In this document: in pieces, positions 23,879-36,536 of the stretch
Position numbering within the stretch: the stretch's first letter is position 1
How the letters are laid out: every line of letters begins with the position of its first letter
Assembly: GCA_000002445.1 (NCBI GenBank)
Contig: CP000069.1
Span: 1,504,001 to 1,568,000, forward strand
From: Trypanosoma brucei
Lineage: Eukaryota
Direction of reading: 5' to 3'
DNA: 64,000 bases
Notes under the pieces: generated by a model
What the model was told of the DNA's origin: nothing
Databases searched by the model: none
Seen by the model: the letters and a program-made list of their open reading frames with translations, nothing else
Position numbers and translations under genes: made by a program

Positions 23879-24239
23879 GTAGCCTATTTGCTGACTATCT
23901 GAAAGAATAAAGAAACTTCTTTTTTTCCAGAGCTTTTGAAACTGTATCGCTTTTAATTAGTTATACCGCTTGTGCGTCATCTCTTTCTTCTTTTTGGCCG
24001 TTATTCAGCTGATCCATAGGAAATGCTTTTCGGTCGTTCACAGTGTTTGGTGGTGCATGGTGTTATCCCAACTCCTTGCGTTATGCACCTTCCAGTCTAC
24101 AACGTTTTAAATTTAAACAAATCATCCTTTTTAAACGGATTCCCACAAATATACTCATACTTAACAGGTAATTTCTCCACGGATACTGCATAAGTTTGCA
24201 GATTCCCAAGAGTGTGATTCGTATTAAATTTCTTTCCTA

Positions 24240-25040
24240 CCCACTATTTATACCAAGTGAGATTTAATAGGATCTTTCTAGTCTTTTCCTTCCAGGATAA
24301 CGCACGTCCTTGAAAGTGAAGGAACGCAGCTTTTCTGAAGGAAGTTTCGTAATGGACTGAGAAAAACTGATCGTCGTAATCTAATCCAATCAACTCTCTT
24401 GGTAAAACTAATCTACCGCTTACTTTTGCTTCCCGTTTCACACTCCACAATAGCAACGGAATATAAATACTCTGTTCTGACCACCATTTCTTCCCGTCTT
24501 CTAATAACTCTCCAAATACATATTCAAATTTTCTTAATTCCCACACTCTTGCTATCAAACCATCACCACTAAGATAAGTTTTTCCACTAGGAGGTGATTT
24601 TACTAAATGAGGAAAGTTTTTATCCTCTTCTTTTCTGTGCCCAACATTAAAAACATAATATCATCTCTCCATATGCTTCTTGTGATGTGAGTTCATAATC
24701 AGATTCAACTAAAGTGCATAACATTGTGGAGTTGACACGAATAGAATTAAATAAATTTTTTGTCCCTTTACAATATTCTCTTCATTTTCTGCATAATTTT
24801 GTATAAAATATTCCACGGTATTTTAATATTTTTTCCATCAGAAATAATAACATCAGATCCAAAAAAAGCTATTATAATATCCTCATCACTTGCATTTTGT
24901 ATTTCTAAAATTCCATAACCCATCTAGGACTTTTAACATGACTATACAAACCTCCTATTGTAATTGTTATAATTTAAACATTGCTTAGTTTGTTACCTAA
25001 TAATATTCTACACCATCCTTTAGTTGCATGAGTTTGAACT
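24240..25040 (-). repeat. Conserved VSG-upstream module, copy 2 (ORF 24244..24558(-) begins MIARVWELRKFEYVFGELLEDGKKWW...)
   Basis: Nucleotide similarity to 20470-21060 (e.g. ...taactctccaaa.acatattcaaattttcttaa..tcccacactct.gctat.aaacc... and ...ccataac.catctagg.c.tttaacatgactatacaaacc...). The ORF is frameshifted relative to copy 1. Confidence 0.6.
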
Positions 25041-26039
25041 ACAACTACAAACATTCTTGCCTCCTTAGGATTATTATATGTTGTGTTTTTTGTTGTTTAT
25101 ATTATTACCCTGAAGAGATACAGCTCTTCAAAACACTAAATGTAATATAAAATGTAGCAGTAAAGTTGTTAATTTACCGATTTTTTCCACTTAACTGTAG
25201 AAATTTGAACGAGAGAAAAGCAAGAATTTTAGAAACCTTAAGAAAATAATTTAGTTACATCACTACCTTAATTATAAAAAAGGGTTTACGCATATAGTAA
25301 GTAATCACTTGATATTTTTGTAATACAGCTGCCAAAGGGTGCACACTTAATGTCTGCAGCTTATCTTTTAGCATGCATTTACCCTTTTTGTTCTAGAAAT
25401 TAGATTATAATACACCTGTGACTGTACACCGCGTGGACATTGTCTGTAAGTTTATCCACATTTCTTCGCCATCCATTTCTATATAAATGTTTCAACTGAA
25501 TATACCGATAGGTTCAGATATACTAAGAGTTTTGCTAGTTTTCTTTGCCAACTAACTAAGCCCGAAGGTTTCGTCATGAGAAGAACATCAGCGTTTCTTC
25601 ATGAACTTTTGCTACCATTTTCGTTACTAATATCTTTGATATAGCATCTACACATTTTTGTATCAAATACGGAGCGTCAAATACTTCAGATGTATCACTT
25701 TCTTCAGTACGTTTCTGCAGCTATTGCCTTTGTTTCTTTCTGCTCTCCATTCCGTCCCTTTCGTTCTCTACCATTTTTTCATGGCAATGTAGCGACTCCT
25801 TTAGTCATGTATATTAGACTCTGTCTCTTCTTAATAATCTTCTCATCATTTTCTTCTGTGAAATGATTACCGTATTCACGTCTCGTCATGAGACTATACA
25901 TATTTTATCTCTCTTTCTTTGATTTTCTGCATCCCTTCTATAATTATCATCTTACAAACTCTTCAACTCCCTCTTTACTACGGTTTCTTTTCCACTATTT
26001 TAAGGTCTCCTACTACTCTTGTGCATTTAGTCTTCAATA

Positions 26040-26135
26040 CAATTTACATTACAATATTATTATACACACACAGCACCATCATAAAAAACATCTCTATTAT
26101 ACCCCTAACTAATATACATAAAATAAACAAAATGA
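26040..26135 (-). repeat. 70-bp repeat, degenerate (about 1 copy)
   Basis: acaatattattatacacacacagcaccatc ... acccctaactaatatacataaaataaac. Confidence 0.6.
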
Positions 26136-26399
26136 AACAAATTAGAAGCATTTTATAATAGTTGTTTTTTCACAACCCACCACCCTACTACTTTACTCCC
26201 ATGTTACACTTTCTTACCAATATTTATTATTCACAAAATTTGCATATTTTTATTAAAAAGTTTTTAGAATATGTCAAACTTTATAAAATTCTTAGAAAAT
26301 TATCAAATATCATAAATTTCATGAAAGTGAGCAAAAATCCTAAAAGTTTTATAGAAGAAAAACCGCAGGTAAAAAAGGGGATTTATGAATTACAAAAGA

Positions 26400-27900
26400 A
26401 TTGCTTCCTGTGGTGTTTGTATTTCCACTTTTTTTATCCTCTACATTTTTCTCTTTTACTGCTGATTTTTCGCCTTTCTCACTCAGTATACATTTTGGCC
26501 CTTCTTATGTTGTTTTTATCATATTTGCATTTTTTTGTTAGCATTACAAGTTGTTGCATCTTTTTTACATCGCAAATTTGTGTTGTTTTTTTTGGTTTAT
26601 CCGCATTTATCTGAGCTGTAAGTTTATCTAATTGTGAGGTAGCTGCTGCTAGGTCAATTCTCTCTTTTTCAGCGTAATGATCCAAAATTTCCATTAATTC
26701 ACCACTATCTGTTATGGCCTCTAAGTTCTGTGCATCGGAACTTTTGTCTTTGTTTCCATAAACCTTTGTGTTTTTGAACTTACCTAGAAGAATCTTGAGG
26801 TGCTCACCACTTTCACCGATGTATTTGGTTTTGGTTTCAGCTACTGCACTCGTTAGTTTGTTGTCAGTCAAGCTGCTGTTGATCTGCCGCAGCCGCCGCC
26901 TTAGCTTACTGTCGAGTTTCGGATCCTTGGCAGCCTGCGCGACCAATGTGTCGTCTGCCGCCTGGGTGGCATCCTGATTGAGTGAATGTATTGCGTACAA
27001 CGCTTCGTATGCTCTAGCTGCGGCACTGTCTCTGACCACGCGCCCATTCCTGCCCATAGAGGCAGGGTTTGTCATCGTCATGGTTCGGCTAGCGGCATTG
27101 TATTCTAGTAATCCGCCGAAGAAACGTCGTCTGCCGCTGCTCTGGAACAAAGTTGTACCGGCGCTGCTCTGGGCGTGGAAGGCTATACATGTGGTGGTGC
27201 GTTCCACGCTTTGCATAGTAGCTGTTACTTGCTGGCGTAGCCCTGTTTAGCTTATTTATGGCGCCGCTAGTTTTGTTTGCAACGGCTGCGCTGAAGGCAG
27301 TTCAGCTGTGCAGCCAGCTGTTGCAAACTCATTATATTCGTTAGCTCTGTCTGTTGTTGCCGCAAGGCAATATCCTGTTGAACTAGCTGTTGTGGCAGAT
27401 CTCAGGAAATTGAGGACGCCGTTTATTTCTGCCACTACCGCCGCTGGTAGAGCCACGCCTTTGATTATTGTTTCGGCGTCTGTCTGAAGTTGCGCTGTCG
27501 TCTTTTGTGCTGCCGCTGCTAAAACATCCGCCACTGCGTTGTCCGCTGCTCGTTCGGTAGCTTCTGTAGTCTGCGCTGCATAGGCTTTAAACTGCAGAGA
27601 CATTCAGGTCTTTTCCGCTACAATAGCAGTCGCTGCCTGCAGGGCTGAAGTTGCCCTTCCTGGTCCTTTGTTTGGGGTTTGTGCCGCCGCAAAGGGCCCA
27701 CCCCAGCCTGTTTTGTTCATTGCCGGCCCGCTGGCGTTTGCGGCTGTGATTGCTACAAGCACTGCCGTTGATTTTAAGGCCAGCTGCTTGGCGAATTTTG
27801 TCGCCACCGCAGCCTTGTATTCCGCGGTGGTCGGCACTTGCATCTGCAGTTCTCTTATTTTTCCACTGGTTGTTGCCACCTGTTCTGTTTCTTGGGCCAT
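26400..27900 (-). pseudogene. VSG: VSG pseudogene with atypical N-terminus (in-frame stop, frameshifts)
   Basis: ORFs 27604..27900, 27256..27603 and 26479..27216 (all -) are Ala/Thr/Lys-rich. The tail in another frame reads ...KSGNTNTTGSNSFVIHKSPFLPAVFLL*, a VSG GPI signal. The N-terminus MAQETEQVATTSGKIRELQ... has no immediate signal peptide. The hydrophobic stretch LALKSTAVLVAITAANASG lies about 40 aa in. Confidence 0.65.
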
Positions 27901-28124
27901 GTTCGTGATAATTTTCTAACGTATAGAAGTTTTAAATAGCGTTTCATGCTCTTTCTGAATGGCTGCCGTGGCTGTTTATGATCTTTTTTTAAATGTGCCG
28001 CTTGCGTTAAAATTAATTATGACTCGACAACACCAGATATTAATGCGTTCCGCTGTCTTTGTTTGGCAAGTTAGCTATAAATTTACGTCTTATTTGTGAT
28101 TTCAAAGAAGGTGTGTCTAGACTT

Positions 28125-28127
<3 letters not shown>

Positions 28128-28160
<33 letters not shown>
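28128..28160. repeat. (CA)16 microsatellite
   Basis: cacacacacacacacacacacacacacacacac read directly. Confidence 0.95.
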
Positions 28161-28165
<5 letters not shown>

Positions 28166-28679
28166 TCTTTCAAATTTTCTGTAAATTTTCTCAAGAATGC
28201 TTTTAATAAGAGCAAACATTATACAAAACTATACACTTAGCCGTTTTCTCTCTATATTGTGTTACCGACGCCTTGACAAAATAACCATGAGCATTGTGTA
28301 AATTTCTACACCCTTGGCATCACTGTGGGCACTTTGATTTACTATAAAACTAAAAACCACACTCCCGACCATTTCTGTAGTAGAATCTATCCACTCTTTA
28401 GTTAGAGTTAGTGCAAAACCTCCTCCTGCATTCTTTTCTGTTTTTCCACACCTTCAGCGGATACCCTAGCAACCCCATTTGGCTCGTGCAGTAGAAAATA
28501 TCTCTTCATGTTTGTCCTTCTATCATCTAGTTGTGTGTAATGACGCCAAACGTCATGCTTATGTTTGAAATTTCGCATATTCCATTTCCTCCTCCCACAC
28601 TCTCCCGTACTCACTTACTCCTAATTCACTTTAGCCTTTGTTTCAAATGCCGCACTTTCTCCACATTTAGTTTTAATCA

Positions 28680-28770
28680 CTAATATTATTATAATATTTG
28701 TATATACACACTCACAACACTATCCTATTATTATTACTTTTAATATTACTATTCCAACAACAATTTATCT
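28680..28770 (-). repeat. 70-bp repeat (about 1 copy)
   Basis: taatattattataatatttgtatatacacactcacaacactatcc plus TATTATTA tract. Confidence 0.8.
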
Positions 28771-29099
28771 CCTTGAAATAATATGGGATATGAAACTTTC
28801 ATAATAGCACTCGTATTTTATTTATAAATCATACTTTACAATGATAGGGAACTTTCATGCGGTGATTTTATATTTTTGAGTTTGTGAGAATTTATCGTAT
28901 ATTCATTAATTTGAATATGTTCATCAAAAAGTATTAAAATATATAATATTTTGGGAATTTAAGTAACTTTTATCATGATAGCAAATTTCATAATTTTCAT
29001 TAATTTAATAAAAATGAGCAAAAATCCTTAGATTTTGATAATTCTTAAATACTAAAAAACTCAAAAATGTAGCAGCTGTCAGAGTCAATTTTTTAATTA

Positions 29100-30640
29100 C
29101 TATGATACTGGAATCTTTGTGCTTCTATTTCTCATTAGTAGCTAGCGTTCATTTCGCAAGCACTTTTGTCTGTTCCCTGCTTTGCACATTTCTCCTCAGG
29201 CTTCCCATTATTCCCTGTTTCTTGGTTTGCTTCCGCTTTCTCTGCAGATTCTCTAGCTTCCTTTGTTAAGGTGCACTCTTTTCCTTGTTTGGTTTTGTTA
29301 TGATGATAGCCGGGAGTGTTGTCACACTTTTCTTGCTCTTCTATTTTGTTGCATTCCATTTCGCTTTGTTCGGATTGCTTGGCGCAGCCGGTATTGGTTG
29401 GTGCCGTGCCGCTGGATGCCTGAGCTTCTTGTTCTTGTAATAGGCTTGTCGTTTGAGGTATTGTTTTCGTTTTCTCTGCCAGGGTTTTTGTAGTTAGTGT
29501 CAGCTGCCTAATGATATCTGCTGCCCTGCGTCGTCGGGCGAGCGCCATACTTGCCTGTTTGATTTTAACTGCCCACGGTACTCCTGCAAGCCCCTTTTCT
29601 CCGCCTGTCGTATAGTCTGTGAGCTTGATGCACACGCCTCCGCTGCTTTTTCCGTTGCATTCTGTTGTCGCTTCAGTAGATCCGAGGTATGCTGAGCCTT
29701 TGTGTATTTTGATGTGCTGGACGAGGCTTGTAAGAGCCGCATTTAATGACTCTTCTGTTGTTTTTGTGTTGCTGTTGATGTGGAAGTGGGCTGTTAGTTT
29801 GTCGAATTGGTCCTTCACGTCTCCGAAGCTTTGGAGCGGTTGAGTCTTGTCTGTTGGGTTAGCCCCCGTGGCGTCTACACATATGCTTTGTGCGCCCTGC
29901 GGTGCTGTACTGGTGTTTGGCGTACACGCGCATATCATGATATCTGCAATCGCTTGTTCAGCCGACATTTTCGCGCCGCTGTTGCAAAAAGGTGTCAGTG
30001 TTGCGTGTGGTCGATGTTCGACAGGCTTCTGTAAAGTCGGCTCTGTCATTTGACGGACAGCATATTGCTTCTTCCAGGTCTTTTTTTAGTGTTTCCGGGC
30101 TGCCGGCGTGAACCTCCTGCGCCGCTGTTGCGATCTCCGCTATTATTGTCGGTGCTTGTTTCAGTGCCGTGCTTACCTCGGTTTTTGCTATTTTAAGCTG
30201 GTCTCCTGTTAGTTTAAAGGGTGCTACATTGTCTAGAAAAGACTCGCCTGCTGCTTCTTGTGTTATCCGCGCCGCGCTTTTTGACCATGCTTCCCAGTTA
30301 AATTTCCAGTAGGTATGTGATTTCGCGCTCTCTTCCGTAACTGTCCATGGTTTGGCCGTGCTTTGTTTTTCTGTGAATTTATTTATCCATTTTCTGCCGC
30401 CGAGGCTCATGTTCACGTCGAGGATGTCGTGGTCGCTGCTTTCCTGTCGGAGGTTATAGATATATCGTCAATAGCCCCCTTTTCTTGTTGTAAAACAGCA
30501 CAAAGAACGCCGAATAGTAGCGGATTGGCACCTGCAGCCGTATCGGCTTGTGCCCTCATATTGAACAGCGAGACTAGTGCTATTGCAGCAGCCATCAGTA
30601 CATTTGCCATTCCTGTTGACGCTGCCTCTACTTGCATATC
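29100..30640 (-). pseudogene. VSG: VSG pseudogene (B-type; 3 frame segments)
   Basis: ORF 30413..30637(-) has MANVLMAAAIALVSLFNMRAQA (signal peptide). ORF 29958..30416(-) continues. ORF 29135..30049(-) has ICACTPNTSTAPQGAQSICV and GSAYLGSTEATTECNGKSSGGVCIKLTDY. The C-terminal domain ends ...CEMNASY*, then a shifted HKDSSIIVIKKLTLTAATFLSFLVF, which is a GPI-signal remnant. Confidence 0.8.
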
Positions 30641-31324
30641 CGCGAAAAATAACTGATTGCTTTGTCTACCGGTGGTTCAGTGTCTACCTGTTGTGGTGAA
30701 AGTAGCTTACTTGCTCAGAAGGCGTGTGATATTTTTATAGCAGTTTCTTATGCAATTCCATTTCACCTCTACTTCCCTATATTCCCGCCAACACAAAGCG
30801 CAAAATGCAGCATATGCATTACCGCGCCCTTCTTTTAAATGTCGAGCATTAGAAGTCGCCATCAGATTTAAAAATCTAAAGTCACCTCACCATAAACTAG
30901 AATATATCCATTGATTTCATTGAAATACAGAGCATTATCTACCGCTTGTTATCCTGAGGTATCATATGCCTCTGTTATTTAATTTGGCATATTCTGTTCT
31001 TTAATTCCGTATTTTCTTTTCTTTTTCTTTTTCCACTGCTTTTATCGCTGCGGATAACATAGATACTTTATTTTCCTGTACAATGGACACACATTCTCTC
31101 TCATTGTCCTCTCCATTATCTCGTTATGTGCATCATTGTGACCGTCATCGTGCTTGTGTTTGAAACTGCATATATTTTTTCTCCCTCCATCAGTCCCTAC
31201 TTTTCAGTCATTCTGCGTTTCCGTTCATAGTATTCATTATTCTATCTCCTTAACTTACTCCCATTGCACTCTGTCCATTGTTTATGTACCTCTGTTTCAC
31301 CGTGCACTTGGTCTTTAAAACCAC

Positions 31325-31435
31325 TCTTATTATAATATTCGTATATACACTCTCACAACACTCTCATATCATTATTATTAATATCATTATTACAATACTA
31401 ATTATTATTCATATAATAAACCAAATTAGAGTAAC
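31325..31435 (-). repeat. 70-bp repeat (about 1 copy)
   Basis: cttattataatattcgtatatacactctcacaacactc plus ATTATTATTAATATCATTATTA. Confidence 0.85.
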
Positions 31436-31619
31436 ATTCATTTTGCATAACAAATTAGCCTACGTATTTACACCGATAGGTAGCAATAATGTACATATTA
31501 CCAAATTCTATTTTTCATATTTTCAGCTTTTCATAAATTTAGAAAAAATTTCAAAAAATTTAAAATATCAAATCTACAAAAAAAAGAAATTAGAGGAATA
31601 TTCTTGTTTTCTAGAAAAC

Positions 31620-33140
31620 TACTATTTTGACACTTTTCTATATCCTTGTCATCTTCATTATATTTTCCCTTCCTCCATGCACAATTTTTCTTGTCACCTG
31701 TTTTATCCTTTTCACAGTCAGGCTTATTTTTGTGACTTGCACACCCAGCTAAAACTGCTCCCTCTTTTTGTGTCTCTTCTTCTTGTGTTTCCTGTTCGTC
31801 TCCCTCTTTAGGTTTGCATGTTCCATCTGCTTCACTTCCTTTCCATTCGCAGGGGTCATTACATTCATCTTTCTTTGCTTTTTCTGAGCATAGAGTTTTT
31901 TTTCTAGTTTCTGTAGGTTGATTGGCGCAGGTGGGGTGACATGGCTATGATACTTGCCGTAGAGTGCAGCGGCGACTTGTGCCGCTTGCCCATTTTTAGC
32001 GAGAGTGCCTAGGGTGTCAGAAGTTTGGCTTCCTGAAATTTTGTATGTTACTGTTTCCGTGGCTTCCTTCTTGAGAAATACTTCTTCGACAGTTTTTTCC
32101 TCACTGCCAACCATGTCCCTTACTGCTCTCACCTTATCTACTGTTCCTTTTTGATTCTGATACTTTATTAGGTCGAGGGCTAGCACGATCAGTTGCATGT
32201 CAGGGTCTGCGCTTAGTTCACTGACTTTTGTCTGGCTTACTAGTTTTTCCGTTGTTTCTTTGGTTTTGTCCGCTTGGCAGAGGTCTGCTGCTAACACGCT
32301 TGCCTTTACTATTAGTTCCGACTTCGGCCCTTGGTGTTTGCACAGGTTTTGTCTGTTTCTGTTGGCGTAAATCTGACGTTTCTGGCCATTTTTGCGCTTG
32401 TGATCGTGGGCTTAACCGTTCTCACGCCCACAGCGTTACTCCAGCCTCCATGTGTTGTGGTGTCTCCGCACGCATTGCAATTTGTTGTCCCTGATGGGTT
32501 GGCGCTGACAGTTCCTTTGCATAAAGCCTGTATTTTGAGGCCTTGAGGCGCAAACATGTTGTCGTGCAGTAGATTTAGGGGTTTGAAGTCGTCTAGGTGC
32601 TTTGCTGCAGAATCAAGTTCTTGTGCGTCGCCTGCTATCTCCGTCTCGCAGCTGCTGTCTCCTGGAGTACTAGCTTTAAACGTTGCTTTACATGATCCGC
32701 CTGCTGCACCTGTAATCGTTGTTTCAGCTGCGCTGGTTGCTTTTCCTGTCGCTGTGTGTGCGCCGAGAACGTTTGTTGCTGTGAGCAGTGCCAGTTGGCC
32801 CTGCCTTGTCCTGATCGAGGTTAGTGCTGTTTGCCACTCCTTTATTTGGCCTTATTGCCCCCTCTGACCTCGTTGTAGCCTTTCCATTGCGAGCAATTTT
32901 AGTGCTGTTAGCTTTTGTTGTTCAGCTTGAGTTTGTTGGCGGGTTTCCACGAGTTGTATGATAAGCATGTCGCTTATTAGATTTGATGTGCCTTGTACGG
33001 TCGAAGTTATGCGCTTGTTGAGTTGGTTTGCCAGATCATCTAGAAATCTTGACTCCGAACAAGGCGATTTTATTTTGGCGAGGACAGATTGCGCGTCTGC
33101 TCGTGCTTGCCTTATCTAATCTGCACCTGAAAAAACTAGG
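31620..33140 (-). pseudogene. VSG: VSG pseudogene (B-type; in-frame stop and frameshifts)
   Basis: Reverse-complement translation starts at about 33140 with MATMSWKVTMLLVFSGADLIRQARA... It contains ORF 32312..32557(-) with ...CKGTVSANPSGTTNCNACGDTTTHGGW. ORF 31749..32297(-) covers the middle region. The C-terminal domain in another frame reads ...CEWKGSEADGTCKPKEGDEQ... The tail, ...CQNSSFLENKNIPLISFFL, is poorly hydrophobic. Confidence 0.75.
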
Positions 33141-34721
33141 AGCATAGTGACTTTCCATGACATGTTGGCCATTGAAGGTAGTATCGTGGGGTAATGTAGC
33201 ATTGTGTGGGTGATCGCTGCTTTTCTTCGTGTTTGGAGAAGGTGGATGTTAAGCAGCTGGTTTTCTGTGCGATGCATTTGCTCCCGCAGCACCTTGGTCA
33301 GCTCCGAGTTGGGCTTGTGTAGACGTTTGCAAAGTAAGGGCGAGTGATTGACCTAACCAGGTCCTGTCATGTTCTCGTGGGAGGTTAGACGTCCAAGAAA
33401 AGGAAATAAAACACTGAGGAAAATAAAGATACAAACAATTTTATGCAGCTGTGATCCCTTACCGCGGGTGCACACTTACTACCGTGGAATTTCAGCGGTT
33501 TTATGGATAACAAAGGGGCATAATATGTCGCTCCACACAGAGAATCTGACAGCAGTAGTGAAAACGTGTGCTTATGTCTTTGTTTTTGGGTCAAAAACCC
33601 TGATGAGACCGCTGTTACTAGTATTCTAAACCCCATCCAGCAGTAGTTCTGCCGTCCCCTCCATCTATGTTATGGCTTGTTCTCGCTCCTACGCTTTTCG
33701 CAACGACCAAACATCTTTCTCTCTCTCTAAAACATCTTACATTTATGGTTCTCAATGACTTCCAATATTTTTAGTTTGAAACCTGCAGTTTGGTTCATAA
33801 TAACCAGATACCGCTTCTACTTCTGTTACCTGGATGACCTTAAGCATTTACTACTGTTGTCATGACTTATCATTGCTCTGTTTTGCTGCTTTTTTGGCAC
33901 TTTAATCGTGATTGCACTCTTTTCTTTTGTATTTTCTTCCTTTTCTCCATATATCCCGTTTCAGTCTGTATTCTTATGTGAACTATACTTTCTTTAAGTA
34001 GTTTAGAGTTTGCCCAGTATACCAATATAAAATTAAAGGAATATTTCCACTGATTCTTTTCACTTTATAATGTTCCCCAATAAGTTAATACATACGGTAT
34101 TTTAGCAAATGTTTGTGTTTTTATATTCCTATTGCTGTCCACGTTGATTAAGAAGTAATCATAGTATTTAGAATATTCTACAACATAATATTATACTGTT
34201 AGGAACAAACATTGGCATTTATTACTATGTTTAATATAAAAATTCTTTGATATTAACTCGGATGTGACCAATATTTTCTTCCTTATTATTCTTCTTCATA
34301 GGTGGATATTAGTATATCACATCACATTAAAAATCGAAGTCATTACCATCTCTGCAGTTTTATATATTCATATTTAAGTGAAATACGGGCTTAATATCAC
34401 CTTGTATCATTTGCATTTGTGATGCAATACAGGTCATTCAGTTTTTTACCACGTATTTTCTTTCTTTCTCTTTCGTTTACCATTTATACCTCTTCAAAAC
34501 ACGAGGAGTTTCTATTTCGCCTGCACACTGGATTGTGTCGCACCGTCATTTTCTTCTCCATCATCTACTTTCGGATAATGATTCCCTGCGTTATTTTTCG
34601 TATGAAAATGAAGAAATTCTATTTTCCTCGTGTATAACTCACCAACTCTCATTGCAGCCTACCAATTTCTTTAGGTGCTTATACTTCGGTCGAATTTTTA
34701 GTCATAACTACAACCCCTACT

Positions 34722-34825
34722 GCTATATTAGTATATACACACTCACAATACACTTCTATCTTCGTCATTATTATTAGTATCATTGTTATTATGGTATCAG
34801 TAAAACAATATAAAATAAACGATGA
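34722..34825 (-). repeat. 70-bp repeat (about 1 copy)
   Basis: ctgctatattagtatatacacactcacaatacac plus TCATTATTATTAGTATCATTGTTATTA. Confidence 0.8.
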
Positions 34826-35036
34826 TTGCAAACTCAAATATCACACATTTTTATAACTTATCACCATACTACTTTAAAACCATCGGCCGCTTTCATACTA
34901 AAATTTTTATATTTTTAATAATTTTTAATATTGAAAATGATTGACAGAAAGTGTTTAATTATACCAAATGTAAAAAAATCTTTAAAGCAGACAAGTTTCA
35001 TAACTTTCATTAATTTTAGAAAACATCCATGGATTT

Positions 35037-36536
35037 CTAAAGTATTACCGTATTCATAAAGCGACAGCTATACTCATAAGCAAATTTCTTATTGGGGAGA
35101 AAACTAGAGTCTCTGCATTTGTCCTCAATCCAGCTGCAAACTGCTTTCTCACCTGCTTTGGCATTCTTGTTTTCTGCCTCGCATTCTTCTTTTTTAGTGT
35201 GTTTTGTACACCTATCTGAGGGTGTCGTTGTTCCACCAGATTGAGTTTGTGTTACAGGGACACCATTTGCTGTTGCTTTTGTTTCGTTAAATTTGCACTT
35301 CTTATTGTTGTCAGTTTCTGTTTTATTAAAACTACATGCTGCGGTTGCATTGCAATCTTCTTCGATTTTAATTTCGTTGCAGCCGTCTGCGTTTACTGGG
35401 GTATCGCACGTTTGTTTTTCTGAGGTTACTGCTTGTTTTCTCAGCTCAACAATCTTTTCTGCTGTTAGTCTGATAGTGTCATCTAGTGCCATGTCTAGAA
35501 GGGCCGTGGGTTTTGTGCTGCTTTCTGTCTTTATCTTGAAGTCTTCCTTCTCTAGCTGCTTTATAATTCCTCGCTTTCCATCGCTATCTTTTTTTCCGAA
35601 GTACTTGTCGATGGCATTGTCTATCTCCGTTGGAGTCAGGTCAGCTGTTTTCCCTTCGGCTTGTTTGAGTAGGTCCTTCAGATCCTCTTTTGCTTTGCCG
35701 TCGAGAAACGCTTGTACGGCCTCCGGGCTGTCTAGGCTCGGCGAAAGGTCTGATTGTAGGTGCGGCTTAAGTTTTTCTAATGCTTGAAGCACGCTGTTTA
35801 CGTGGCTTACCGCTGTTTTGGATGTTTTGACGTTGCTGTCCGTTAGGGGCGTGCTTTTCGCTAGCACTATAATCCCTCCTCCGAATGACATCTTGTCTGT
35901 GTTGCTCGGGTCCGCGCCTAGGTATGTTTGCAAGTTGGCCTGGAAAAGTTTGCAGTTTTTTGTTGTTTGAAAGTGTCCGCCGCCGGTTGGGAACGGAGCA
36001 CTGCCGTAGTCTGTTAAATAGTTGCTTGTCGACGTTGAGTCAGAAAAGGCGTATGGTGCGCAGCCATTTAGGCTGCTTTGTTCTAAGTTGTTGCCGTTCT
36101 TGGGGTTTGTGCAGGTGTTGTCGCCCCTGTTGGCGGCGACTGGCTGTTTCAGGAGGCTTATGAATTCTTCTGTAATGCCTGCGCCGTAGCCAAGTGCTGC
36201 GGCTGCTAACGGCGCATCTTTTCTGAGTGCCTTCAGCTTTGCTTGCGTCTCCTGCTTCTTTTGTGCAATGAAGGAGCCTAGCACCGCGGCTCCTTCAGCG
36301 TAGCTGGAGCTGTGAAGTTGGAGCAACGTCACCTGTGCTCCTGCTTTGGTGTAGCGCTGTAGGCTGCCTTCTAGTGCTTGTAGTTTTGCTGCAAGTGACC
36401 GCGCCTGAGTCTTACCATGGAGCGAGTACTGACAGATCTTTTCCGCCGTAGCCTCTTTCAGGGCATGTTCGTCGCATTGACTGTACTCTGCAACGAAGAG
36501 GATAAACAGGAGTGCTGCGTAATGGTTGGTGAACAT
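35037..36536 (-). CDS. VSG: Variant surface glycoprotein, near-intact ORF (A-type; about 500 aa) with defective GPI signal
   Basis: 525-aa ORF 35037..36614(-). The probable start is MFTNHYAALLFILFVAEYSQC at about 36536. The N-domain and two-cysteine-cluster C-terminal domain are complete (...CSWIEDKCRDSSFLPNKKFAYEYSCRFMNTVIL*). The expected hydrophobic tail, ...NLLMSIAVAL*, is in the +1 frame, so there is a 1-nt indel inside the GPI signal. Confidence 0.8.
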   Translation of the reverse strand: MFTNHYAALLFILFVAEYSQCDEHALKEATAEKICQYSLHGKTQARSLAAKLQALEGSLQRYTKAGAQVTLLQLHSSSYAEGAAVLGSFIAQKKQETQAKLKALRKDAPLAAAALGYGAGITEEFISLLKQPVAANRGDNTCTNPKNGNNLEQSSLNGCAPYAFSDSTSTSNYLTDYGSAPFPTGGGHFQTTKNCKLFQANLQTYLGADPSNTDKMSFGGGIIVLAKSTPLTDSNVKTSKTAVSHVNSVLQALEKLKPHLQSDLSPSLDSPEAVQAFLDGKAKEDLKDLLKQAEGKTADLTPTEIDNAIDKYFGKKDSDGKRGIIKQLEKEDFKIKTESSTKPTALLDMALDDTIRLTAEKIVELRKQAVTSEKQTCDTPVNADGCNEIKIEEDCNATAACSFNKTETDNNKKCKFNETKATANGVPVTQTQSGGTTTPSDRCTKHTKKEECEAENKNAKAGEKAVCSWIEDKCRDSSFLPNKKFAYEYSCRFMNTVIL

